DNA of 64,000 nt from a virus, in the IMG/VR virus record IMGVR_UViG_3300025087_000048, positions 30,224 through 94,223 of that record; one strand, 5' to 3'. The number at the start of each line of letters is the position of its first letter. Positions within the stretch are counted from its first letter, which is position 1. A program made the position numbers and the translations under genes. Below the pieces are notes generated by a model, which worked only from the letters and a program-made list of their open reading frames with translations, was not told the origin of the DNA and did not search any database. Below, piece by piece: positions 9,522 to 19,154 of the stretch.

Positions 9522-10624
9522 GTTGGAAGCCTGCGCTGAATCATCTCCTCCCACTGACGAGCCACCACATCCCACTGATACTGCTGGGCAAACGCACGAA
9601 CCTGTTCACGAGCATTATCAATCGACTCCGGATGCTGAAACGCCTGAAGAACAGTCTCAATATAACTATCCGTCCATTTACGTGTTTCTCCGCGAGGAAC
9701 AACCAAAGCCCCACTCTCTCCATAAATCTCTCCGAGCGCATCCGCATCAGTAATCACTGGAACCACACCAGCGGCACACGCTTCCAATACAGCAACTCCA
9801 AACCCCTCAGTAAAACGAACTGGATCACATGGATACAGCATCACATCAGCCTGCAACAACTCCTCTGCCAGTACGTGAGGAGCAACTGCCCCGTGAACAA
9901 ACACACCATGTCCCTTCAACTCGTTCAATCGTCGTACAATAAACTTAGCCCGTTGCCCGATCTCGGAATTCAACAAGATCGCACTATCGAGCCATTTTTG
10001 AATTTCATAAAATATATGAAGTTCCGCGTCCGGATACGCCAAATGGATCTCGGCCCACATTGCTAACACCCAGTGCAATCCTCGATCCGGAGATGACAAA
10101 TAAACACATCGTCTCTTCTTACGAGGTCTCACCGCTAAAAACCGATCCACATCAACTCCATTCGGGAGAATCTCCACTCGCTCCATACTTGTCGGATGCC
10201 CATCTTCTTTCCACAAGTGATCCCGATGGGCCTGTGAAACTGAAACATAGACATCGACAAAGTTCTCAAACCCGTGCGTTGACAACATCCAATCATTAAT
10301 CTGAATACTCAACACCCGCAACGTCTTCGACCCAAGATCTCGAAGAAAATCTGCGGTCAACCACGAAATCACGACATCAGCCCCATCAGTTCTTCGCAAT
10401 CGAGGCCACGCTCTCCGCACATCCAACACTTCCACCCCGTCAAAGAATCCTGGTTGATCTGTCGGCATATAGCACACCACACGGTAACCACTCTTGGCCT
10501 GAGCCTTAGCCAGATACAACATGGTCTGTTCCGACCCGGTCACCCCTCGACCACCAGATACAAGATCTGAGTAGCTCAATGGGCCGTGGGCCGTTTCGAG
10601 CAAACAATGCACCAATGTTTTCAT
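9518..10624 (-). CDS. glycosyltransferase family 4 (GT-B)
   Basis: GSEQ, ILPNGVD, YLSSPDRGL, EGFGVAVLEACAAG.PVITD..AL.E. Confidence 0.9.
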   Translation of the reverse strand: MKTLVHCLLETAHGPLSYSDLVSGGRGVTGSEQTMLYLAKAQAKSGYRVVCYMPTDQPGFFDGVEVLDVRRAWPRLRRTDGADVVISWLTADFLRDLGSKTLRVLSIQINDWMLSTHGFENFVDVYVSVSQAHRDHLWKEDGHPTSMERVEILPNGVDVDRFLAVRPRKKRRCVYLSSPDRGLHWVLAMWAEIHLAYPDAELHIFYEIQKWLDSAILLNSEIGQRAKFIVRRLNELKGHGVFVHGAVAPHVLAEELLQADVMLYPCDPVRFTEGFGVAVLEACAAGVVPVITDADALGEIYGESGALVVPRGETRKWTDSYIETVLQAFQHPESIDNAREQVRAFAQQYQWDVVARQWEEMIQRRLPT

Positions 10625-13494
10625 GCTAATCTCCCAATAAATAGCCGTTCCCAGTACGCAGCACAATCATCCCAGGATGTATTCCGACGCGTCCACTCCA
10701 TCATGGTCTGACGCCCAGCCTGCGTCTGAGCCGCTTCACACACCGCTTCAACAAAATGTGCATCATCCACCTTCCACCCGAACACTACGGATTGACCAAG
10801 AGCCCCCATCGGGAACACCACAGGCCATGCCCCGCACGCTTGCGCCAGATAACTCGAGATACAATTTTCTTCTTTCCACGTACTCGGGTAACACCAAACC
10901 CCTGATTTCAAAAGTTCCTTATACAGTTCTGGCTGCCCAATCCGCCCACGCCACGTCACTCCTGGCAACGTCTGGACCAACGACATCACGCGCTCCTTGA
11001 ATGCCGCCCCTTCTGGTGTCGCGGTCACCCCCATTTTATCCGCTGAATCCCACCCGTAATAACAGTGGAGCTCCGCCTGAGGAAGTTGCTTCACAATCGT
11101 CGGCCAATACCGCTCGAGCAATACATTCAATCCACGAAACGGTGTACTCACATACACCATGCGCATAGGATTTCTCTGTTTCTCAACCTCATCCTCATCT
11201 TCACACGGATTAATATCATGCGGATCAATCCCATTTCGCCCTGAATATATTTTAGAAATCCCAGAATATAAACTAGCGTGATAATCTGAAATACACCAAA
11301 TCGCATCGACCCACTGGGATGCCATCTCCACCCGTTGACGATCAATCGAATCATGCAACCACAGCCCCCGCCACCCAGCTTCCAATGGGCGAACCTGATT
11401 CACAAAGATCTCTGGATGCCTCCAGCCGAGGAGAATCTCAGTCGGGACATACTCAGATACGGGTTTGTAGGAGATCTCGCCGTACAAGTCAACGTCGGCC
11501 CCCACAAAGCCACTCCCATACACCGTCACCGCATGCCCCCGGCGGGCAAACGCCCGACTCAACCGGATCACCGCCTCTTCGCTCCCCCCAATCCCTTTCC
11601 CAAGGGATTCAGGACCCCACACTTCTGGTGACAGAGGGCACACAATGGCAATTGTTCGACTTCGCACCGAACTCATGGGAAGTGGAACCATCAAGGCAAG
11701 GTCACCAGCATCAGCCGGAGCTCCGCCCAACACAGCTGGCATTCGCACCGTTCCCATGACTTGACGGAACGTGTCAACTGAATACGCACGTAACCGTGCC
11801 GTCTCGAACCTTGGAGGAGCCAAACCCTTGGACGACGGCCCATTTGGCACCAACGCAAAAACATATCCACCCGGATTCACCACTTGATATGCCCGTTTTA
11901 CAACTTCGTCCGGGTACTTCACCCGTTCCAAACAACTCCACAGCACCACCGCGTCATAGTGACCGACAATCTGATCAACTCGTTCAATCCGCACCGCCTT
12001 CAACCCGTATTCTTTGTAAAGAACACTTGTTTCAAGAGGCCCTCCAATCTGAAGCAGCGACTGAATCTCAGGAGCTTGCGATATATGATCAAAGATATAC
12101 TTCACCGATGGATCATCCCACGTGTCTTCAAATTGACGAAGCTGCGCCTTAGGGATCTCCCCACGAGACGCAGCACCACACACGGCTCCAGCAATACGTA
12201 TCCATTTTTTGATTTCCGCACAATCACGAAGAACTGGACTGGATCGAGCAATAATTAATCCTGCCGTTTCCGCATCATCATGCCGAAGGAAAAACTCCGC
12301 AGCATCTGAAATGGCCTGCTGCCCGCGACGAAGATTCAATGCAACGGACAACGTATCCACATTATGCCGATGCGCCGTATCTTCAGGAACACGGCACAAC
12401 GCCGTCTCTGACTCGTCCAATGCCTCCTGGAGCTGCCCAACTTCCATCAATGCCCGAACATAGTCCCCCACCCAGCCCACGGACTCATGGAGCGGGTTAA
12501 TCGCAAACGGCGTCTCTGGAATCTCAGCCCGTTTGGCCATGGCTCCGTAATAGATACATGAATTCCAATCAGACTTCTTCGCATGCGTTTCAAGCAATCC
12601 TGCATACGCATCCCGCCATGTCGGACGAAGCGCCACAGCCTGTAAATCGTATCCAACAGATCGATCCAAATCCCCCTTGAACCGATACAGATCCCCCAAA
12701 AAATGTAACGCAAGATATTTTTCATCTGACACTGTAGCTTTTGGCAGGTACTTCTCAAACGCAGACACCGCCGCATCAAACTCCTGATGATGCGCATGCT
12801 CTAATCCAAGATAAAATAAGATCCTCTCATCATATTTTTCATACGGAACCTTCAACAAAATATCCAAATTTCGACGACTTGGCACCGCTCGCTTTCGCAC
12901 ATGACGACGATGCACCACTTTCATATGCGTATATTTTCCCAGCCGATGGCCTGCCGATGGAATTGCTTCATGCACGGGATACATCCACCGCCAATTCGGA
13001 TCATTACGAACCAACCGCTCACGATGTTGCGTCGTAACACACCGAAGCCCCAACTGCTGAATCAACTCCTGCGGGATCAATTGCCCTGCACGAATTAACG
13101 GATCAATCTGCTCAGTCAACAGCTTCTCGCCAACCCCATCAAACGCATACAAATATTCCAGCACCGCGCCATCTAAATTCTGTTCAATACACTTCTGCAA
13201 CATATCCTCAAGATATTCACGACCGACCAGCACGTCATCGTCGTCGAGCCAAAAACAATATTCAGTTGTCAATTTAGAAAATGATTCATTTCGGGCTGCT
13301 GAGAAATCATCAATCCACGGGAAGGAAGACACTTCAGCACCAAACGCTTTTGCCACTTCAATCGTATTATCAGTTGAACCAGTATCTACCACCACAACCT
13401 GATCAAATAATCTATGCACTGAACGAAGACACTGCTCCAACGTCTCAGCACAATTTTTCACAATCATAGCAAGACCTACAGAGCCTTTTCGCAT
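10621..13494 (-). CDS. multidomain GT2 + TPR + methyltransferase-like + GT4 protein
   Basis: MIVKN...VDTGSTD.T...WIDDFSAARN...WLDDDD...VHE (GT2); TPR-like helices; YDAVV...LE.V..P...NPGG (MTase-like); GGSEEAV...STPFRGL...EENCIS..AQACG (GT4). Confidence 0.9.
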   Translation of the reverse strand: MRKGSVGLAMIVKNCAETLEQCLRSVHRLFDQVVVVDTGSTDNTIEVAKAFGAEVSSFPWIDDFSAARNESFSKLTTEYCFWLDDDDVLVGREYLEDMLQKCIEQNLDGAVLEYLYAFDGVGEKLLTEQIDPLIRAGQLIPQELIQQLGLRCVTTQHRERLVRNDPNWRWMYPVHEAIPSAGHRLGKYTHMKVVHRRHVRKRAVPSRRNLDILLKVPYEKYDERILFYLGLEHAHHQEFDAAVSAFEKYLPKATVSDEKYLALHFLGDLYRFKGDLDRSVGYDLQAVALRPTWRDAYAGLLETHAKKSDWNSCIYYGAMAKRAEIPETPFAINPLHESVGWVGDYVRALMEVGQLQEALDESETALCRVPEDTAHRHNVDTLSVALNLRRGQQAISDAAEFFLRHDDAETAGLIIARSSPVLRDCAEIKKWIRIAGAVCGAASRGEIPKAQLRQFEDTWDDPSVKYIFDHISQAPEIQSLLQIGGPLETSVLYKEYGLKAVRIERVDQIVGHYDAVVLWSCLERVKYPDEVVKRAYQVVNPGGYVFALVPNGPSSKGLAPPRFETARLRAYSVDTFRQVMGTVRMPAVLGGAPADAGDLALMVPLPMSSVRSRTIAIVCPLSPEVWGPESLGKGIGGSEEAVIRLSRAFARRGHAVTVYGSGFVGADVDLYGEISYKPVSEYVPTEILLGWRHPEIFVNQVRPLEAGWRGLWLHDSIDRQRVEMASQWVDAIWCISDYHASLYSGISKIYSGRNGIDPHDINPCEDEDEVEKQRNPMRMVYVSTPFRGLNVLLERYWPTIVKQLPQAELHCYYGWDSADKMGVTATPEGAAFKERVMSLVQTLPGVTWRGRIGQPELYKELLKSGVWCYPSTWKEENCISSYLAQACGAWPVVFPMGALGQSVVFGWKVDDAHFVEAVCEAAQTQAGRQTMMEWTRRNTSWDDCAAYWERLFIGRLA

Positions 13495-13510
13495 ATTGAC
13501 TCTACCCCCG

Positions 13511-13804
13511 CTATGCCGTTGTACGCTCCCACCGCACTGCAACTTCCTGAAGAACAGTTTGTTTGACAAGGCAATGTCCAAGCAGATCCAACCAGAGACA
13601 CTCAGAATCCCATAAACGGCGAGTCAGAAAATCATAGGCATCATCTCGAATCAGTTGCAGTTCTTGTTGCGTTTGTATGTCCGTAACCTCGTGAACCTCT
13701 AAGTCACTCAACGCCTGCCGAACCACACGAACAGCAATCAATACGGGAAAATCAAATCCTTGAAGATCATCTCCACCCCAGACCGCTCTCATCGAAGTGC
13801 TCAT
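13511..13804 (-). CDS. hypothetical protein
   Basis: Fills the gap on the coding strand. Confidence 0.5.
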   Translation of the reverse strand: MSTSMRAVWGGDDLQGFDFPVLIAVRVVRQALSDLEVHEVTDIQTQQELQLIRDDAYDFLTRRLWDSECLWLDLLGHCLVKQTVLQEVAVRWERTTA

Positions 13805-13873
13805 GAACCCACGATAACCCAACCGGTTGGACTATGCAAGCACTTTTTTCAGATCACGGACGTAAAAACTCAA

Positions 13874-14686
13874 TTATAAGATAAGTCCCTTATTAGAACC
13901 ACCACCACCAAAGAAATAATACGGATTATTATACAATTTCAAAGCAAGAGTATTCCCCGACGGAATGAACTCATTAAACTGGTACCAGTATTCAAAATCA
14001 GCAGTCGGAGCATCAATAGTAACACCCAAGGTAATCGGCAAAGCACCGGGACTCGAACTATTAATCTCCGTAGCTTTACTTGACACCAGTACGCCATTAT
14101 CCCAAATTGCCATTCCAGTTGCCGAATCAGCACCAGTCCCGTCGCTCCATGACACCATGATCGCATGCCACTCATTAATTAACGTTGACCCAGCAGTCCC
14201 ATCGAGGAAATCAGCACCCGGAGATGCTTCCGTGGCGGATATCCGTTGACCCAGATTCAGCGAGATGACATCATTACTAGGAAAAGCTACCTCTGGAGCC
14301 TGAATCGAAAACATTGATAGGGGGTTACCAGCAGACTCATTATTCGTCATAATCAATGTGGGGGTTTGCACCAACACCCGTTGCGCCCACGCGATTGTAC
14401 GTCGGTGCCGATCCATCGCGAGAAACGACGTTTCGGACACCTGGACAGACCTCGCCCCTGTCGTCCCTCCCCCGTTCATGTTCACTCCGTACGATTGCCA
14501 TGTTGTCTGCCCAGTTGCACCAGCGTTGAAAGTCGTTGCGTCCCCTGGAAGTCGCGTCACATATTCTAAAGTCGTCGTAGGATCTTCACCTTGAATTAAC
14601 GGGCAACATCCAACTAACGACGCTGGTGCTACACGCCAATTAATAAGCGCCTGCGGATTTGGTTTTGGAGATAGCGTATATGCCAT
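13874..14686 (-). CDS. putative virion protein with LamG/concanavalin A-like domain
   Basis: EWHAIMVSW.D...MAIWDNGVLV...LYNNPY pattern; Ser/Thr-rich; follows head genes. Confidence 0.6.
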   Translation of the reverse strand: MAYTLSPKPNPQALINWRVAPASLVGCCPLIQGEDPTTTLEYVTRLPGDATTFNAGATGQTTWQSYGVNMNGGGTTGARSVQVSETSFLAMDRHRRTIAWAQRVLVQTPTLIMTNNESAGNPLSMFSIQAPEVAFPSNDVISLNLGQRISATEASPGADFLDGTAGSTLINEWHAIMVSWSDGTGADSATGMAIWDNGVLVSSKATEINSSSPGALPITLGVTIDAPTADFEYWYQFNEFIPSGNTLALKLYNNPYYFFGGGGSNKGLIL

Positions 14687-14700
14687 GTTAATCCCCTAAC

Positions 14701-14744
14701 AAAGAAAAGGCCCGACTGAGAACCACATATTCCCAGCCGAGCCT
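14701..14744 (-). terminator. intrinsic terminator after the head decoration genes
   Basis: Minus strand AGGCTCGGCTGGGAA-loop-TTCTCAGTCGGGCCT (with G-U pairs), then TTTCTTT. Confidence 0.75.
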
Positions 14745-14764
14745 ATCGTAACACACATCGCCGA

Positions 14765-15037
14765 TCAATACCCGTACGCGATTGCCTTCCCCTCCAACGC
14801 GGCACCCTCCAGAACAAAGGTCACCACCCCTCGACGACTCACTGGAGATGAAATCGTCACCCCCCACTGAGTCCCACCAGCCGCCGTACTCGGCGTAAAC
14901 ATAAAATGTTCGATGATCGCAAGCCCTGGAGTCCAAGTCTCGCCATCGCCAACTGATGTCAGATCTGCCTTCACACCACGCATGTTTCCCTCGATAAAAT
15001 CCAATCGAGTTCCAGCTGTCTCAGCAACTTCTGCCAT
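14765..15037 (-). CDS. small virion/decoration protein, tandem paralog B
   Basis: 90 aa; collinear with 15051-15323 (AETAGTR.DF..GN.R.VKADLTSV...TWTPGL.IIE...AYGY); SD AGGAGG. Confidence 0.7.
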   Translation of the reverse strand: MAEVAETAGTRLDFIEGNMRGVKADLTSVGDGETWTPGLAIIEHFMFTPSTAAGGTQWGVTISSPVSRRGVVTFVLEGAALEGKAIAYGY

Positions 15038-15050
15038 TGCATCCTCCTAC

Positions 15051-15323
15051 TTAATACCCGTACGCCATGGCAATTCCCGCCAACGTCCCAGACTCAATGG
15101 CAAACGTGACGACAGCTTGCCTCGTTGCCGGAGCTGACACTGTCGCACCCCACTGTGTCGTTGCCCCAGCCGTCGTTGGAGTAAACACAAAACTCTCGAT
15201 AATAGACAACCCAGGCGTCCACGTATCCGCATCATCAACGGACGTCAGATCCGCCTTCACGGCCCGCAGATTTCCCACAACAAAGTCACGCCGAGTCCCC
15301 GCTGTTTCTGCCGCTGCCGCCAT
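15051..15323 (-). CDS. small virion/decoration protein, tandem paralog A
   Basis: 90 aa paralog of 14765-15037, in the head module. Confidence 0.7.
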   Translation of the reverse strand: MAAAAETAGTRRDFVVGNLRAVKADLTSVDDADTWTPGLSIIESFVFTPTTAGATTQWGATVSAPATRQAVVTFAIESGTLAGIAMAYGY

Positions 15324-15353
15324 ACCAGCATCCCCCTTTCGTCGTCATCGACT

Positions 15354-15413
15354 GTGTGGTGGCCGGAGGATAACTCGACCCCATCCAACGTCCTGGCCCT
15401 CCGGCCACCACAC
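15354..15413. repeat. perfect 16-bp inverted repeat (intergenic hairpin)
   Basis: GTGTGGTGGCCGGAGG (15354-15369) / CCTCCGGCCACCACAC (15398-15413). Confidence 0.85.
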
Positions 15414-15423
15414 GCAACACCGA

Positions 15424-15885
15424 CTACAATTGACTGATGAAAACAGCCGACCCAGCAGACAGCCCGGTCTGAATCGCAATCGCAGCCGCATTGAAGTGCG
15501 ACGTATTGCGAATACTCAGAACACCCGTGTTTGCACTCGGGCCAAGACCCGCGCCAGCCGCATCCGCCGTCACCACCCGACCCGTTGCCGGACCGTAGAT
15601 GGTCACCCAGCCGAAGTTCAACGCGGCCAGAGTCGTCTCAGCGATGCCGAAGAACATATCCGTCGCGCCGCTGGACGCCTGTACCTGCATCCCCATCAAT
15701 GCCGCCGTCGTCACGGACGAATCCATCTTCAGAGCTTCACCAGCCGGAATCAAGGCACTCGCCTTCACATACCGCAACACCTTGCCCGCTTCAAACCGCC
15801 ACACACCAAGCTCTTCCTGTTGCGTGGTATCATTGGCAGTGATTTTTGTTTTGAACGGCCCAGTATTCAAATACGGCCCACTCAC
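15424..15885 (-). CDS. capsid decoration/cement-like protein
   Basis: Ala/Gly/Thr-rich; RYVKA...GIA.......FGWV..YGP pattern; first structural-looking gene after the MCP. Confidence 0.65.
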   Translation of the reverse strand: MSGPYLNTGPFKTKITANDTTQQEELGVWRFEAGKVLRYVKASALIPAGEALKMDSSVTTAALMGMQVQASSGATDMFFGIAETTLAALNFGWVTIYGPATGRVVTADAAGAGLGPSANTGVLSIRNTSHFNAAAIAIQTGLSAGSAVFISQL

Positions 15886-15903
15886 GGCAATCCTTTCGCG
15901 TAC

Positions 15904-16536
15904 TTACAGTACGCCACTAGAGGTGGTTCCCATGGCCGGGTGGGGATTCATTTCTCGCTCTCGGTCGGCCCCTACCACACCCTCTAGCGGAGACCCAACT
16001 GAGCCAAGGACAACCCGAGAGGGCTCAGACAGAGTCGGTTCCACTACGTCGCCATGGCCAATTCCACGACGATTCAACTTTTTTACACCCATCAAAATAG
16101 ATAAAATTTCTTTATCTGTAACCATCGGTACTGTAGTTTTATACCCAGCCCCCAAAGAAATTGCACGACGTCGTGCAATCAACCGAATAAGCAAATCTGC
16201 GTGAGCGCGTTTCGTTACAAGATATGGCTGGACCGAGCTAATAAATCGCTCAATTTGCTCCTTGCCCTTAACTTCTAGCCACCACGCTGGCTTACATCTT
16301 GGATTTGGCTGCTGATAATATTGCACAAAATACTTTACCCCGATCGTATCCAAAATTGAACTAGTCTCTAAGATCATCGCCTCGTCGGTATTAGACAAAA
16401 TAAATCTAATCACCAAGCTTGAGTACGCAGATCCCCCTCGACGCGTACGCACACTCTGGCTTAAACGGGCTTGAAAAGAACCTTCCCCGTCAACTATCCC
16501 AGCAAGCCAGCCGAGACGACAATCCAGAGACTTCAT
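15904..16536 (-). CDS. free-standing LAGLIDADG homing endonuclease
   Basis: LGWLAGIVDGEGSF, SNTD, PYLVTK..A, LNRRG. Confidence 0.9.
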   Translation of the reverse strand: MKSLDCRLGWLAGIVDGEGSFQARLSQSVRTRRGGSAYSSLVIRFILSNTDEAMILETSSILDTIGVKYFVQYYQQPNPRCKPAWWLEVKGKEQIERFISSVQPYLVTKRAHADLLIRLIARRRAISLGAGYKTTVPMVTDKEILSILMGVKKLNRRGIGHGDVVEPTLSEPSRVVLGSVGSPLEGVVGADREREMNPHPAMGTTSSGVL

Positions 16537-16558
16537 GTCACCACCCCTATTATTTATT

Positions 16559-17530
16559 TTACGATAAACCGGTCATGCGACACTGCAACCTTGGAGCTTG
16601 AATGACAAGCTGACCTGCAAAAAGGATCTGACCCAGCAATGCATCCTGGTTCGTAGGCTTCTGGAATCCAGTAAACTGGAAATCTCGATCCTTATGGATG
16701 AGCAGCTTGATAAAGTCCGTATTCAGCTGCCACAAATTCCCTGACGCACAGTGGCTATCCACCACCACCGCAGCGCCATTGAAGTTGATCGCAGAGAACC
16801 CAACACGCGCAAGGTCATCAAACCCAGGCCCAGACGGGGTCCGCTGAGAGGGCTGAGACCGCTCCCAGAACCTATCCCAGAGGGCCTGCGTGGTCACGAT
16901 CAGATCAGGCCGATGGGGCTGAATCGTCGCACTCCCCATCCCGGTATTCACCAACGCCAAAGACAGCGCCCCACCCGTCGTATTCAGATTCCCCTGAACA
17001 GCAGTTGCCTGAACCGATCCATCGTTCCGGCTGATCCCGCCGTAGGTCGCCACGTTCGTCCCGCTGTCAATCCCGGCGATCAGACCCTGAATCGCCTTAT
17101 TGGCGTTCCCAGTACCGTCGAGATACGCATCCGTCCCGAGCAGATCAGCCAGAGTGATCCGGGCCGTCTCCATCTCGGCTTCAACCAGATCAAGAATCTT
17201 GGTCCCTGACCCGGAAGTCTTCAGAATTGTCCGCCCATCCACCGTCAGATTGACATAATACTGTGCCCAGTCGAACTGCAATACCGTCTTGGTCGGGCGA
17301 CGGCTGATATCAAACGTATCCAGACCAGAGTATGACCCTGCATTCAGCTTGTCATACAAGATCGGCTGCCGAATCAGATCTCCCCCATCGAGGATCGCCC
17401 GCTCCTTGGACGCCAGTCGGACCCACATCGCATTGCTATTGAAAAACAGATCAATAAGCCCTGGCAGATATGAGTCAACAGCACTGGCTGCCACATCGGC
17501 AAGCTGTCGGCTATCAGTAGGAAGCGCCAT
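16559..17530 (-). CDS. major capsid protein (HK97 fold inferred)
   Basis: 323 aa after the scaffold; YSG.D, FDW.QYY, DGTGNANKAIQGL, GGISR, PDLIVT, NTDFIKL..H. Confidence 0.85.
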   Translation of the reverse strand: MALPTDSRQLADVAASAVDSYLPGLIDLFFNSNAMWVRLASKERAILDGGDLIRQPILYDKLNAGSYSGLDTFDISRRPTKTVLQFDWAQYYVNLTVDGRTILKTSGSGTKILDLVEAEMETARITLADLLGTDAYLDGTGNANKAIQGLIAGIDSGTNVATYGGISRNDGSVQATAVQGNLNTTGGALSLALVNTGMGSATIQPHRPDLIVTTQALWDRFWERSQPSQRTPSGPGFDDLARVGFSAINFNGAAVVVDSHCASGNLWQLNTDFIKLLIHKDRDFQFTGFQKPTNQDALLGQILFAGQLVIQAPRLQCRMTGLS

Positions 17531-17567
17531 GTCTCATCATCCTCCTCGCAGGGGCGATCATCCGACG

Positions 17568-18497
17568 CTATTCGTTAAACAACGACGGACCAAACTTCTT
17601 CGCAAGTGCATTCGCCGCCTGCTGTCTCAGTGTTCCAAATCCCGCCTTGTTCCCTAAAGAAATAGGAACCTTATAGACGGGGGCTCCACCAGCCTGCGCG
17701 GGAGCCGCCTCGAGCTTTTTATTTGCAACCTCCTGCTCAAAATCCTTCTTCCCCTGCTCGTACGCCGCCTTCTTTGCCGTCTCCAACTGTGACCCAAAAG
17801 ACGACGCCTGAAGCAGTTGCTCTCCAAGAGCGATCGGGTCCATCTGCCCACCAATCGCTTTCGCCGCTTGCTCCATAACAAGATCCACATTGAACGACGG
17901 ATCTTGGGCCTTCCGCTCCAACGCCTTCCTCAAGAGCGACAGATGATTCGTCAAGTACGTCTGGTACCACTGTTCCTTATTCGCCAACGTTGTGTTCATC
18001 GCCTGAGCAAACTGATTTAGCGTCTGATTCAAATTCTGAGCAAACTCCTGTCCCATCATCTGACGAAACTTCCCAAACTGTTCCGCCACCGGGAGCCCTT
18101 CATACTCTTCAAATGTATTCCGCGTCTGTTGGGTCGGCTGCTCCGTCGCCTGCCGAACCTGCTGCCGACCCTGTCCAGTAAGCTTCGCCCGCAACACCGC
18201 CTCAACATCATCACCCCAGAGGGGCTGTACCGTCTGCCACCACTCGTTCCACCGCTGTGCCTGTGTCTGAGCTTCGTCATACTTCTTTTGCAAATCCCCG
18301 TGCTGCTGCGTCCACTTCCCATGTTCAGACTGAAGGGACTCATACGCTTTCCCAAGATCGTCAACTGAACCGTACTCTTTCCCGCCAAACTTCAGCGGCT
18401 GACCTGACGGCGCACCTGCACCGTTCGACACCGATGTTCCCGTCGATGCCGCCGCTGTCCCTGTTCCACCAACTCCGGTAACCGATTCATCCGCCAT
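17568..18497 (-). CDS. head scaffolding protein
   Basis: KYGSVDDL.KAY..LQ-like motif; Q/E/A-rich coiled coil; directly upstream of the MCP. Confidence 0.7.
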   Translation of the reverse strand: MADESVTGVGGTGTAAASTGTSVSNGAGAPSGQPLKFGGKEYGSVDDLGKAYESLQSEHGKWTQQHGDLQKKYDEAQTQAQRWNEWWQTVQPLWGDDVEAVLRAKLTGQGRQQVRQATEQPTQQTRNTFEEYEGLPVAEQFGKFRQMMGQEFAQNLNQTLNQFAQAMNTTLANKEQWYQTYLTNHLSLLRKALERKAQDPSFNVDLVMEQAAKAIGGQMDPIALGEQLLQASSFGSQLETAKKAAYEQGKKDFEQEVANKKLEAAPAQAGGAPVYKVPISLGNKAGFGTLRQQAANALAKKFGPSLFNE

Positions 18498-18572
18498 GAT
18501 ATTCCTGTCTCCCTCAGAAGTTCCCGTTACGGTCCCCAGTTCCCTGGGCATAACGAGTTCTGGTTCGATATA

Positions 18573-18938
18573 TTACATTCCTGGCATCATTCCCGGGGGC
18601 ATCCCCGGAGGCATCCCGCCGCCAGCCGACGGGCCACCCATCATCGAACCACCACCGGCCCCTGGAGGCTGTGAGGCACCCGGTCCGCCGGGTGGTCCCT
18701 CGAGCAGCACACGCAGAGCCTCGCTCGCAATCATTCCAACGCGAGGGTCCGATTTTGATACTTCCCGAAGCAATTGCACAATCTGTGACATTTTCTCCTG
18801 AGTCGTATCTGGCGGTGGTGACTTCTGTCCAAGCATCATCGCCAGCATTGACATCGGCGACGCACTGTCTGGCGTCACCCCCTGAGAAGCCGTCAATCCT
18901 GGAACAGGAGGAGCAAATCCCACAGGAGTTTGCGGCAT
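18573..18938 (-). CDS. Pro/Gly/Met-rich head-module protein
   Basis: SD GAGGA; low-complexity C-terminus. Confidence 0.6.
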   Translation of the reverse strand: MPQTPVGFAPPVPGLTASQGVTPDSASPMSMLAMMLGQKSPPPDTTQEKMSQIVQLLREVSKSDPRVGMIASEALRVLLEGPPGGPGASQPPGAGGGSMMGGPSAGGGMPPGMPPGMMPGM

Positions 18939-18939
18939 G

Positions 18940-19137
18940 TTACATTCCTCGTCCAGACTTGAGACCACGCTTACCAATCGAGAACGTCTTCGTTCCAAGA
19001 GACTTGTCCGCCTTATACAAAGACTTCGGACTCCCGACAAACCCACCACCAGCCCCACCTGGTGACGCAGATCCCTTGATCACAGACGACTTCCCGCCAC
19101 CCTTGCTGCCCATCACCGCCTTGACCCCCTCACCCAT
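18940..19137 (-). CDS. small basic Gly/Lys/Ser-rich protein
   Basis: SD GGGGA; composition typical of small basic head-module proteins. Confidence 0.55.
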   Translation of the reverse strand: MGEGVKAVMGSKGGGKSSVIKGSASPGGAGGGFVGSPKSLYKADKSLGTKTFSIGKRGLKSGRGM

Positions 19138-19154
19138 ATATTCCCCCTATTCAG

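Noticed and set aside
1-13494. Host LPS/capsule locus flanking a prophage
   Set aside because: Same strand, coupling and composition as the phage late genes; contains a phage HNH and an intein; no flippase/polymerase genes or att/integrase boundary
15904-16536. Group I intron interrupting the capsid gene
   Set aside because: The MCP ends with its own stop and looks complete; no P7-type core recognised
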